Source: Azolla caroliniana (lineage: Eukaryota > Plantae > Polypodiophyta). Taken from it: a stretch of DNA of 64,000 nucleotides. Shown here in pieces: positions 49,198 through 61,026 of the stretch. A program made the translations under genes and the position numbers. The stretch covers positions 1,736,001 to 1,800,000 of the forward strand of contig JBHGNT010000009.1 in assembly GCA_043228905.1 (NCBI GenBank). Direction: 5' to 3'. Every line of letters starts with the position of its first letter. Position 1 is the first letter of the stretch. The notes beneath the pieces are model-generated. The model worked only from the letters and a program-made list of their open reading frames with translations, was not told where the DNA came from and made no database searches.

Positions 49198-52129
49198 GAT
49201 AAATTCTAGAAAACTTACGCCTTCAATTCTTTTACCATTAGTTATAACCACATTTTTATATCGAAACATTCTTGCAAGATGTTAATATGCACTCATCAGT
49301 TGTAACATTGTACACCCCAATACATTCGCTTTCATTGAGGTAGCGTATGTTATACCATATTGTAATTACCCCTTCGAGATTTGTTATGATTCCCGTGAAG
49401 TGTGCAATTCTTATTAAGTAGAAGTCTTTTCCATTATGGCTCACAACACACATTCTTACTTTCTATACATATAATATTTGCCAATCATGATGTCAAGGTC
49501 AAAGTTCATGATGAAGAGTTAGCTTGCTTACCATATACTTATTCACTTGAGCACCCTTTTACACATTTTCTTATTCGTTCTTTTATTTCGGTTCTGTATG
49601 TCTCCTTTAGTTTACTGTTAACATTTAGAAAATTGACGCACTAACTTTTTTTGTTTTTATTTTCCTCTTTGCTCTCAATTATCTACATCACATACACATA
49701 AATTATGATGTTGCTCATTTCGTCGATTACGCCACCATTTTCATATTATTAAGTTTTATGGGCCATATATAAGTGAGAGGTGAAGCAAAATTTCTCCCTA
49801 GTTGAGCCCGTCGCACAGGCTGGTTTAAGAATAATTTGAAAACCACTGAAACAAAATAGGAAACAAAATAATAAACCATTTGAAAAGAATATGTGGCTTA
49901 TAGAGCACGTTACAAGAGCCTCGAGTTCCAACTATTATTAACTTTTATATAATAGTTACAATTCTTTAGGGCGAGAAATGGATTCATTGGCAAAAACACT
50001 CAAGCACCCATCATAAGTTGCTTCACCTCACATTCAGAGCCACTTTAAAGCTATCGAGAGTTTATTCTCAATAGATTAAACAATATGACACACCACCGCA
50101 ATGTGGAGACAATAGGCAACAACTATAAAGCACTAATTTTGACGATGTCTTTTGACCTTACATGATGTGTGAGCTCATCATGTAAAGAAAGTTTTTGCCA
50201 AATGACTTTTGGACCATTATTACATGTATTGCATTCAATTGGTCTCCAATTTTGTTAAATATGAGTAAGATTGTACTTAGTCAAGAACTACTATTCAAGT
50301 ATGGTTGTCCCAACGTTGAAAACAGGGTGTAAGGCTTCAATAGGATAGAATGACTTCTATATGTCTTCTCTTTTTACCATACTTATTGTTGCATGATGAT
50401 ATTGTGAAAACGACTTATTGCACTTCTTTTTATTACCACAACATTGATTGCATGTTCTATGATCATCACAAGCATGATGTGATGACTGATAGGCTACCAA
50501 CATTACAAGTTTGTAGTTCTCTTGAACATTTTGCATGAAGCATTTAAAAATTACAATAAAATGTCATGAGAAGGACGGGTAACTCACAGTAAAATTTTAG
50601 ATTATTTGAGATGCTCACGAAAAGCAGCAGCTCACCATGGTATCGAGCTCAATAGGTGTCATTCTATCATGTGTAAATCAAGCAATGTGTTAAATTCGAA
50701 AATTATCTCCCTATTTCTTGAAAGTGAATGATTGTGATATGTCCTATTTCTGTGTACAATATCTCACTTGAGATTTTGGCAAGAGGTGTGGACATTAAAA
50801 TAGGAAGATAGACACAAGCATATGATTAAAGATTGAGTCACAAGGTGTGGAAGGTAACTTTGGGGACGTGTTGGGTTGGTGTCAAAAACGTACTGAAGTA
50901 GTGGTAAGTGGAACTTTGGCCGATACTTACTTGCCTTTCCCTCTCGTGTGAACATTGGAAATAAATTGGGTCTAAGATCCAAATTGAGAGTCAACCTTTG
51001 CTTGAGAAATGTTACCCTCATTCACTAAATGCCCAAAACGAATTTCAAATTTGACAATTCGAAAACATGTATAGATTTCTACAAGAATTAGCATATAAAC
51101 TCTAGAGGAGTATGTAATACATTGTCTTCCATTTGGCCATGGAAAGTATTTACTTAATGATGTGAATTCCATTCTTCATACATTTGGTTTGGCCAACTAC
51201 ACAGTGTGATAGAGAACCCCTTGAGAGTTTCCAAATGTATAGAAAGTTGTAAGACTCCTTCTCTTCCTCTTTTTAAATTTTCCCCACAACCCGTGACATT
51301 TCACTTTACATTCCAATGACTTCACGAAAACTTGGCATGGTTGCAAGCACACATTCCCCTTTGAGAGTTGAAATCGAAACCAACAGTGCACAAATGTAAT
51401 GTTTCGATTGCACAAATCGGATTCAAGCTATCTGACCCAAGAACAAGTCAGAAAAATCGATCCATCAATTATCTATATCCGATAAATAAGACAACGATTC
51501 AATGTTATTATGCACATTGAGCATATGTAAATCAACGAAAAAACAGCATGGAAATGGGGGCACATTTCATAGTTGAAGCTCAATTCGCTTCATTCATGTA
51601 AACCAAGGCATTCAAATTTAAGACCCACTAGATTCGCTAGAAAAGGTACCAACTACTAACGCATATCCAATGTTCATATAAAATGAACGATCTAGCGAAA
51701 GGCTCCATTCATTGCAACTCCATGGCTTCTTCACATATTCAATGCAAATGCATCAAGATCGTGTTGAGTTGAGAGGGTTGGGTCGGTCGAAACGATCTGA
51801 ATTCCAAACAAGTTGAGATATGAAAGTCTAGAGGATCTCCTAAGATTATTCTCTCAACCAATTCTACCACACTCTTCTCTCAGCAAATAGAATGTTCTCT
51901 GAAGCAATCACCATTGCCAAGAAGTGATGAATGAAATACATGCATGTAGCAACATTTCAATGCAGGTTATTTATAGTGTGGCTTGAAGGAAAAAACATAA
52001 AAAAACATTTATTTGTTGTTTGCAATCCACATTACCTCTGTTTTGAACACAAATTAAAGTTATGGGCAAGGAATGCGAAAGCCATTAATGAAGTTCACCA
52101 CAATTATGATCAAAATTGCGTCAAATATA

Positions 52130-52760
52130 CTCCTGTGAGAATGTGCTTTTATACTTGGATCAATTAATACATCTGTAAAGCCGAGTATCCATAGGTGATT
52201 TTGAAAGATGAGAGACGTCAAAATGTGTCAAATACATTCCTGTAAAGACATTCTTTTATACTTTTGATCAATTAACACCTGTAAAGATGAGTTTCTATAT
52301 GTGATGGAATGAAGTGATCGATCTCCATACACTCCTGTAAAGATGAGTTTCTATATGTGATTGAATGAACTAATCGACATCTATACAAGCCTATAAAGAT
52401 GAGTTCTTATTCGTGATCTAATGAATGGATCAATAGATAATATGCTTCTGCAAACATAAGTTTGTACACCTGATCAATCAATATAATATACTTCTGTAAA
52501 GATGAGCTTTTATATGCAACTCATCAATCTAAATCAATCTATAGTGATGAATAAACGATCAATACATGACATACGTCTGTAAAGATGAGTTCATAAATGA
52601 TCAATCTATAACATACTTCTGTAAAGATGAGTTCCTAAACATGCTATACTTTTTGTGAAGACAAATTTTCATTTACTCGTGATCAGATCAATCAAAGATA
52701 CTTGTGTAACACTCGAGATTTTTTGTTTTTTTTACATGTGATCAAATCAATCAAATAAGG
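52130..52760. repeat. degenerate minisatellite with CTGTAAAGATGAGTT core (irregular period, often ~56 bp)
   Basis: Core or variants at ~52173, 52241, 52279, 52335, 52391, 52448, 52494, 52577, 52619, 52653. Confidence 0.75.
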
Positions 52761-52859
52761 TTCTTCCGTTGAAGTGATTTTTTATGAAATGAACTACCTC
52801 AATAATTCCACCATAGTCATGCTTCTGGGATGATGATGACAACAAATGTAAACGAAGTC

Positions 52860-53738
52860 ACAAAATTCGACTACATTCTTGGAAGAAAATAATCAAGACA
52901 AAATATTACAAACTGTGTGCAACAAGCAAGTGCAGAAAACTAATTCAGTGATCTTGAATGTACAATACAATTCTCTTCAAGATTCAGGGATGTCAAAACG
53001 GAGTCGATGCAATTATGTTAATCTTATAGTCTTGAAAACAAAGAAAGGCAATTTAATCTCTGAGGAGAAGTTTTGCCCGGGATTGCAATGAATTCAACAC
53101 CAGATTTACAGAATGATAGTTGGTGCCAATACTGTACTACTAACAGCAATGACAAAATTCGACTACATTCTTGGAAGAAAATAATCAAGACAAAATATTA
53201 CAAACTGTGTGCAACAAGCAAGTGCAGAAAACTAATTCAGTGATCTTGAATGTACAATACAATTCTCTTCAAGATTCAGGGATGTCAAAACGGAGTCGAT
53301 GCAATTATGTTAATCTTATAGTCTTGAAAACAAAGAAAGGCAATTTAATCTCTGAGGAGAAGTTTTGCCCGGGATTGCAATGAATTCAACACCAGATTTA
53401 CAGAATGATAGTTGGTGCCAATACTGTACTACTAACAGCAATGACAAAATTCGACTACATTCTTGGAAGAAAATAATCAAGACAAAATATTACAAACTGT
53501 GTGCAACAAGCAAGTGCAGAAAACTAATTCAGTGATCTTGAATGTACAATACAATTCTCTTCAAGATTCAGGGATGTCAAAACGGAGTCGATGCAATTAT
53601 GTTAATCTTATAGTCTTGAAAACAAAGAAAGGCAATTTAATCTCTGAGGAGAAGTTTTGCCCGGGATTGCAATGAATTCAACACCAGATTTACAGAATGA
53701 TAGTTGGTGCCAATACTGTACTACTAACAGCAATGACA
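52860..53738. repeat. apparently perfect tandem triplication of a 292-bp unit
   Basis: Units start at 52860, 53152 and 53444 (acaaaattcgactacattc...cagcaatg). The same 70-aa ORF is predicted three times at 292-bp offsets. ACA microhomology at the junctions. Confidence 0.97.
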
Positions 53739-53886
53739 GAAAAAGAAAAACATTTTTTTTTTGCAGCCAACATGCTCAAGGAATGCAGGAACAAATTTCA
53801 CTGATTTGAAATGGAATCATGGGGACAATCACAGGTTCAGAAATAAAGAGAACCCTTTATGTCATAACCCATAGCAAAGATTTATA

Positions 53887-53917
<31 letters not shown>

Positions 53918-54755
53918 TGTAAAATGAGAATTGGGAATTTGTTTCAGACAAATTGATGCATATTGAATGCATCACAATTATCCAACTCATCAATAATGTT
54001 CCGGAAGATCAGTTACATATACCTAGAAATGGATGACACAGACTACCCAAAAACAAAACATTCAATGTTTCCAGACGACAAATTATGCTGAGGAAAAAAG
54101 CATAATAATTCGCTGGATCACAAAAAATTCTCTGTCAATCTTGCCTTGAATGAAAAATAAAGGACATAATTCATGGCATGATTCAGATTGTAAATTGAAT
54201 GGCAACAAACACATCATTGATTCAAAACCATAGTTTAAGATGATTTTTTGATGCTGAATTCATATCAAGATGAGCCACTTAAAAGAAATACTAAAAAATA
54301 ATCATCTCAATCAGAGAGGTAGTACAGAATATCATCTCAATGGATTGCTAGGAAGAAGAATGAATATCAATACAAAAGAATCATCAGAAGAAAAACTAAC
54401 ATTAGCACAAAAAGAATTGAGTTACAACACCAACGAATCAGTACAAAAGAATGAATATTTCTATTCCATCAACCCCCAAACGCAAGGGTCAACAATAATC
54501 AATTATACAACACCAGCAGTGTAGAAAAAAAGGGTAGATTCAAAAGAAGAAGAAAAGCTACGGTAGAAAGTAAGCCTTTCGAGGAAACAGTGTGAGACAT
54601 CAAATAAGCAGAAGAAGGAAACGATTATTCTTTCTGTGATCCTACTGCCATTTAATCTATTGTACGCCATATCTAGAAAGAATCACTAATTAAAGATAAA
54701 GTGACAAATCCCTCCCAATAGAAAGAGAGGGAGGGAAAAAGAAAGAAACGTATGG

Positions 54756-55052
54756 TCATTTCTGTGTCTTCGTCTTGTTATACTGTTCTTTAATCCACTG
54801 GAAACCGGAAGCAGTACCTGATTTCACCTTCTTAGCTCCAGAGGAAGCCACAACTTTGGCTTTATCCATACCTGTGTTTGCGGCAGACTTGAATTTCTGG
54901 TTATACTCGGAGAGATTGATCTTGCTGTCCTTCTTCTGCTGCTCCGAGTCATTAGATTTCCCGTTTCTCTTCTGATCTGAGGAAACGTCTGATTTGTAGT
55001 CCCACTGATCGGCCCACGACAATCCATCCTTGCTCTCGAAGGGAGAAGCCAT
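54756..55052 (-). CDS. small conserved plant protein of unknown function (SWADQWD / GxxWIK family), 98 aa
   Basis: Single coding exon: MASPFESKDGLSWADQWDY...GMDKAKVVASSGAKKVKSGTASGFQWIKEQYNK. Both motifs are characteristic of a widespread uncharacterised plant family. The upstream 53 codons of the listed ORF look like pyrimidine-rich 5' UTR. Confidence 0.85.
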   Translation of the reverse strand: MASPFESKDGLSWADQWDYKSDVSSDQKRNGKSNDSEQQKKDSKINLSEYNQKFKSAANTGMDKAKVVASSGAKKVKSGTASGFQWIKEQYNKTKTQK

Positions 55053-55211
55053 AGGGTCGGGATTTCTGATGAGCGGTGATGATAACGATGAGAAAAGAGG
55101 GAAGGGGAAGGAAGGAAGAGATGAAAACCCTAGAGAAAGCTCAGAAATTCTGCAGGAGGATGGGGAGGACCTGATTAATGTCGAAAAACGCAGAGAAACC
55201 CTAAAATACAC

Positions 55212-55213
<2 letters not shown>

Positions 55214-55258
<45 letters not shown>
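55214..55258. repeat. (TA)n microsatellite upstream of the SWADQWD gene
   Basis: Direct reading. Further (TA)n tracts at ~19095-19122 and ~53893-53918. Confidence 0.95.
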
Positions 55259-55268
<10 letters not shown>

Positions 55269-57749
55269 AACAGAGTATCCTTAAAGAAGAAGAAGACATG
55301 TTCTTTTCTTTCTTTTTAGTCTTACCTTCTTCTCCAATCCAAAGTGTGTTCAAAGGCTGAACCATAGTATGAACCATACGTGCATTCCCATTCGCGAATG
55401 TTTCCAATCATTTCGAGTATGGTAAACACCCTTTTGTATTCATAATTCCATTATTTATTCTAAGGTTAAAAAAAATATTTCAGGTAAGAAAGTTAAGGTA
55501 AAAAGTGTAATAAATAAATAAATAAACAGATAAGAATGTTTTGATAACATACGCATTCGGTTTCATTCGTATGAGAAAAATGTTTGCCAATGCATTCGAG
55601 TATATTACGTACTATGGAACTTCAAAGAAAGAAAAGAAGAAAAGATGTGTTTGGTGTGCGTGTGGGGGGGGGGGGGGGGGGGAGGGGGCACATTTGGGCG
55701 GGGGGGCGGGTTCCTTTTGGACATCTATATCTCCTCTTTGGGAGACATACGTAGATATCTAATTTAACGTCCACGGGAGATAGATTACGATCTATGAGAC
55801 AACCCAAGATATATTAATAGATAGATAGATAGATAGAAGCAGACAAACAAACTGACAAAGAGAAAGAGAGTTAGAGAGCGAAAGAGTTTCTTGAGAGTCT
55901 CGTTGATGCCTCACCATCTTTTATCGTAGCCTCCTATTGTCTTATACTACTTCTTGTTGTCAAGCAGCTTACCCCCACCCCCCATCCATCCCTTTTCGGC
56001 TTCTTCACTCTTAGGTCATGTGGCCTTTTTTGCCCTCACCAAGTGTTCCATTTTGAACCCTCCCATTCTTTGCAAAACACTAGTGTGTCTGCTACGCAAT
56101 CATTCTCGACTCTAGTGTATCAAAATCTCTCTTTCAGTAACTAGCCCTCTACAACTCTTGTATCATGTGTTATTTGCGTCGTGCGGAAATATAGAGATTC
56201 CATGTTTAATCGATATAGAAACACAATGGAGAGAATATAGAGTTTTATATCACAATAGGGCATACCATCGAACCACGCTTACAATGATGGGAGCTCTAGC
56301 TCATGTGCTCGTTAGTAAGCTGATATAGCCTCAACTCAATTACTAAGTGAACGAGTGCATCTAAGGTTCACATAATACACTAGTTTATTAGCCCTAATAA
56401 CAATGAAGCCATCTACTATATTAAATATGCTATTTGTTTCGTCCTCAATATTTAGCCAACCATTCAGTTAGGCAATTTTGAAGGTGTGACTATGTGCACA
56501 TTAATGTGATAGTACACCCTTGTTGTTTTGGGTAAGCATGGATAATGTGATTGCAATAGTATTCAAATTTAGATCTATGTTTGCTCCATTTCATGGGAAG
56601 GGTTTCCAATGTAGTTGCTCATGTTCTCTCTTCCCTTTTTAGCATACCATCAAGATGTCATGAACCTAACTCAATGAAATACATCTGTTGTAGTGTGGTA
56701 AGCATCTAATTTTGGAGAAGGCGAAGAGGTTCAAAGATTTATGCTTTGCCCTACATACTCTATCGACATTATGACAGTGACCACACGTTTGCTTGGTTAT
56801 AGTGATTCAATTAGGTGGGTGGGAAATAAGAAAGATCACAAGAGTATTGTGACATCATTTCATGTTTGGCACTTTGTTTCTATACTACATGCACGCGGCA
56901 CTACCAAAAACTTAGCAAAAAGAGTGGAGTGATAGCATGGCCCTTTAACATGCGATCATACAATCTGGCTTGAAAACGCATTGAGGATTATCGATATTGG
57001 GATTAAATAAGATGGTCAAGATTGGTCTATGCTAAAATATTCGAATCATCGAGTGCTTTGTTATTCACACGATCTTCATTTGTCAATTTCCAATAACGTT
57101 AAGGTATACTAATGTTAAGACTTTCAATTTTATTGAATTTATTATCCTGTCCATGAGACCACTATGTGGAAAGCTTATGGTAAATGGAATTATTGCTATT
57201 TTTATTTTGGAGTTATTCTATATTGCACAACGCACTCCTAATTTTCGTGCCCATGTGGTTATTGAATACTTTGTTTTCTTTAGCATGAATAGTAAGGCTC
57301 ATTTAGAATACACTTGGAAACTTGACGCCCCACACATGCATTCTTTTTATCTAGGAATGTGCACCCTCTTAGTGAACCACAAATTCATCTCTGCGCGGGA
57401 TTCATCCACAATGAGGATACCACATAATATTATATCAAAAACTTAGCATCCCAAAGCATCACCAAAATAAATATATTGTTAATCTTTGCACGATAATTAA
57501 TTCATTACTCACATACATTGTATCTCTTCACTATGATTGTCGATGTTAACTATATCATGTGTAGGATGATAAACATATATTGGGGTAATGCGGTTGAATG
57601 TCTATGATTACATGTTTGTTGTACATATTGGAGTGTAAAGACACTCTACCTAACTAATGGGAAGTATTTTTTTATAAATAAATAAAAAATTGCATCATGC
57701 GTGTTTACAACAAAGCCCATGACATGACATATGGTCATCTTTGAGTGGG

Positions 57750-58900
57750 AGATGATGTTGCACAATGAATAGAAGAAATATAACCAACAAAGAAATACTC
57801 GTATCGTTCTCAAATAGGTCCATCCATTTCAACTAATTCAAGAGCATGTGTTTCTAGATAACACTACGTTAGTACTTTAGAATAGACTTTTCAACTTTGT
57901 TGATAGGTTGCCCCTTCAAGAGTTAGTGCTCATAAATTGCTTTGGGATTAAGAAATGAGGATCGTGTCGTGGCACTCCATTTTTGAGAGATACAATTGAA
58001 CTTGTTTGAATTTTATTTTTTTGAAGATATGATATAAGCTGTGAGTTGTCAGTTGTTGAGAATTAAAATTGTATTCGTGCTAAGAAAATTTCCACATGTG
58101 AGGTGTTCGAATATAAGTTTATGCCCACCTATAATTGTTGACAGGTTCTTTCTAGAATTTCTAGAAGTGCTGCCATATTCAAATATTCAAAGGATAGGCT
58201 ACTTTAATTATGATGGTCCACACATGCACGCAAACATTCAAGAGGAACCTCAAACAACGTGTCTCTTATTGACTCTATACTTGTGATTTTGGCTTTTATA
58301 ACACGACTTACACATTGATAATTTTGACTTCATCTGAAACCTAAACAAAGTTCTCACAATGTCGTTTACAATCAATTTGATTAATCTTCGCTCATTTGCA
58401 TGGTCAAATCTTTTTATTTCACACCTAAAAATCGCTTTGCTTAGATGCAACCAAATGCTTTTGTTAATCATTCTCCCCCAAAAACCATGCGACCGACTTT
58501 TGGCACAAACCATTTCACAACCATCATTTGTGAACACCACATTAAATTGTTTCTCGACAAGTTGACCAACTAATAACAAATGTTTGTTGACTCCAACTAT
58601 AATCCACACATACTTCAAGTTCTTAACTACCCCATTCGACATCACCACTCTATTGTTAGCCCAACACATTGTTTCCCATACTTACAATATATACTTGCGT
58701 ACAATCATAAATCATTATTTCCAAATGTGTAATTAGAACACCTTGAATCATTGTAGCACATATCTTTCACATTTTAAAATGCGGTTGCACTTGATGCATT
58801 CTTGTTATCATTATATGTATCTTCTTGACTGTTACTAGTTGTTGGCATTTTACCTTTTCATGCAAATTTATGTTGTGCAATTTTTCCTTTTATAATATCA
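57750..58900 (-). mobile_element. Ty1/Copia retrotransposon fragment (protease to GAG-pre-integrase region)
   Basis: ORF 58250-58669(-): LKYVWIIVGVNKHLLLVGQL.EKQFNVVF...C (cf. LxxVLxVPxLxxNLLSVGQL) and RFDHANERRL...CKSC (cf. WHxRLGHxN...CxxC). Degenerate; boundaries approximate. Confidence 0.75.
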
Positions 58901-59723
58901 CTTTAAGTCTTGAGCATGTCAACAAAGTATAGTGAACCATCCTCTTACACTTTAATCTCTTAAATAATCAATTAAATCTATCAATGAATAGACTTAACCT
59001 ATGTTCTCAAAACTTAAAAAGTACTAGACCTCCATAACCACCACATTGTCTTATTCAAGAATTGAGGCTTACCATGCTCAACACAAAATGAAGCTCAAAA
59101 ATATAAGATAAAAACTTGGGGTTTGATTTGGATGAGTGTTAAAGCTTCATGTGTGTGTGTGTGTGACGTCTAAGGTTGAACAAGAATGGAATGTATGTAA
59201 CTCCAATTATGAATGGTAGCAAATCTTGAAACATATTTGCATTCTAAATTGTCACTTATGGCAAAGGCCTTCGTTTGAAGAGTCTTGACTGGGGGTTTGC
59301 CTTTGTGATTAACTCTAAAGAGATGTGGAATAGCAATAGGAAATTGTTTATTTTGCATTTTTCAAATAGAAGATAGTACTCATTGTTTCAGACAAAGTTC
59401 GATTGCTCGAAAGATTGGTTGCATCTCTAAGATTTGGCAAGTTTTGTCACATTGTTATTTAAGTGTTCATCCATCCCATTGGCGATTCAACATGTGCCAC
59501 TACCTATGTGGTGGTGATACCATCCATGAAAATTTTATTGCAATTTCTAAGAGGTGGGGCCAAGCCCATCACAATGATTGAACTTCCGTTCCAATTTTAT
59601 GAGCTTTGATGCTACAATGTAAATCATGAAGCCAACATCTAAAGAAGTGATAAAAGAAAGAGACAAATGTATCAAGAAGTTTAAAAGTGAAAGTCTTTCA
59701 TACCATTTAGCCCTTTTACACTA

Positions 59724-61026
59724 TAGAGGCCGCAAGTGTTGCCTTTAGACGACCGTTTTGACCGTTTTCGGCAAATTTAACTTTATATGAAGGTTAATTT
59801 GAAAATAAAACCGTCAATCTTGACGGGCATATATTTTATAAAAACGTAAAAATAAGGGTTTAAAATTTGTTAATACCGTCAAAATTTGCTAAGACCAAAA
59901 CAATAGTACATGTATTAGTAGTTACAAATTACAATTCATAGGCTATAGCATATAGTTTTATTTGAGAAGGGTAAATGTGTAAACATATGTTATGTGATAT
60001 GATAAAGGAGAAGACGTGCCCGGACATATGCATAGTGTGAAAATAAACTTAGGGCATGTTTTATTTTTAGCCCATTCCTCTCTTTTGTTTGTTTGTTTCT
60101 TGCATTCTTTCTTTCTCTCTCTCTTGTAATTAGCTTACCCTAGTGGTAAGTCAATAACACTACAAGCATTGTGTCTTGGGTTCAAAACCCAATTTCCTCA
60201 CCTCTCTATTATATACTTCATATATATCTCTATTTCTCTAGATGCCATTGTGGAATGTAGGGGTTGAACCCATGACCACCTAGTCTCCATTGGGCAACCT
60301 TACCAACTGAGCTACATCCACTCCATTTGCTTCTACTTATTTCTTGATCTCTCTCTCACTCTCTCCCTTGATTTGATCAAGTTGTAATTCTTTCTTTCTT
60401 TCTCAAGCTCTTTGCTTTGATCAAGTTGTACTTTGTTCTTTCTTTCTTTCCCACCCTCTCTCACACACACAAGTTATAATTGATCATTGATGTCAAATTT
60501 CAATGCATGTCTTCAAATTTTACATGATGCAAAGGCTTGTGAAATGGAACTCTATAGGTTTGTTGACACTTTACGTTCAAATTGTGAAGGCTATACTATG
60601 CATGAAGCTTGGCGTATGTTTTGCAAAATGAAGGATTGACAAGATAGTTTCCCTCATTTGATGAAATTATGGCACGCTACTTTGGTTATTCCATCTAGCA
60701 CAATTTCGTGTGAGAGAGGGTTCTCTAAGCAAAATCTCATCAAAGAGATGAAAAGAAATCCATTGAATATATAACACTTAGATGATTTAATGTGAGTCTC
60801 ATTGAATGGACCACACATTGAAGAAATACAATGGGATTGTCTATATGAAATTTGGAAAGATGCAAAGGATAAGGGTATAATATATTGTTTAGTACGAATA
60901 TTCAATGTATTTACTTTTTGAAGGGCAATATTTTTGACAAACCGTCATTTGATGGGCAATTTTTTTGGAATACCGTTCTCATGACAGGCAATGTTAGCCG
61001 TGAAAAGGCAACATTGGTGGCCACAA
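59724..61026 (+). mobile_element. internally deleted hAT DNA transposon with transposase C-terminal (dimerisation) remnant
   Basis: 23-bp imperfect TIRs (TAGAGGCCGCAAGTGTTGCCTTT / AAAGGCAACATTGGTGGCCACAA) and ACCGT/GACGG subterminal repeats. ~60560-60880 translates FPHLMKLWHATLVIPSSTISCERGFSKQNLIK...VSLNGP with in-frame stops. An 8-bp TSD is not recognisable. Confidence 0.85.
60127..60320. repeat. convergent pair of tRNA-like units (copy B)
   Basis: + unit TAGCTTACCCTAGTGGTAAG...GGGTTCAAAACCC; - unit TGGATGTAGCTCAGTTGGTAAGG...GGGTTCAACCCCTACATTCCA. Spacer ~35 bp longer than in copy A. Confidence 0.75.

Noticed and set aside
52130-52760. CRISPR-like repeat-spacer array
   Set aside because: Core is only ~15 bp and degenerate, spacing is irregular, linkers are related to each other, and the context is eukaryotic.
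52879-53675. Three-copy 70-aa gene cluster
   Set aside because: TTG start, no recognisable motif; a by-product of the 292-bp triplication.
60250-60320. Functional tRNA gene (also 47331-47395, 621-685, 26758-26828, 40795-40880)
   Set aside because: A/B boxes are present but anticodon stems do not pair and acceptor stems are imperfect; treated as tRNA-derived repeats.
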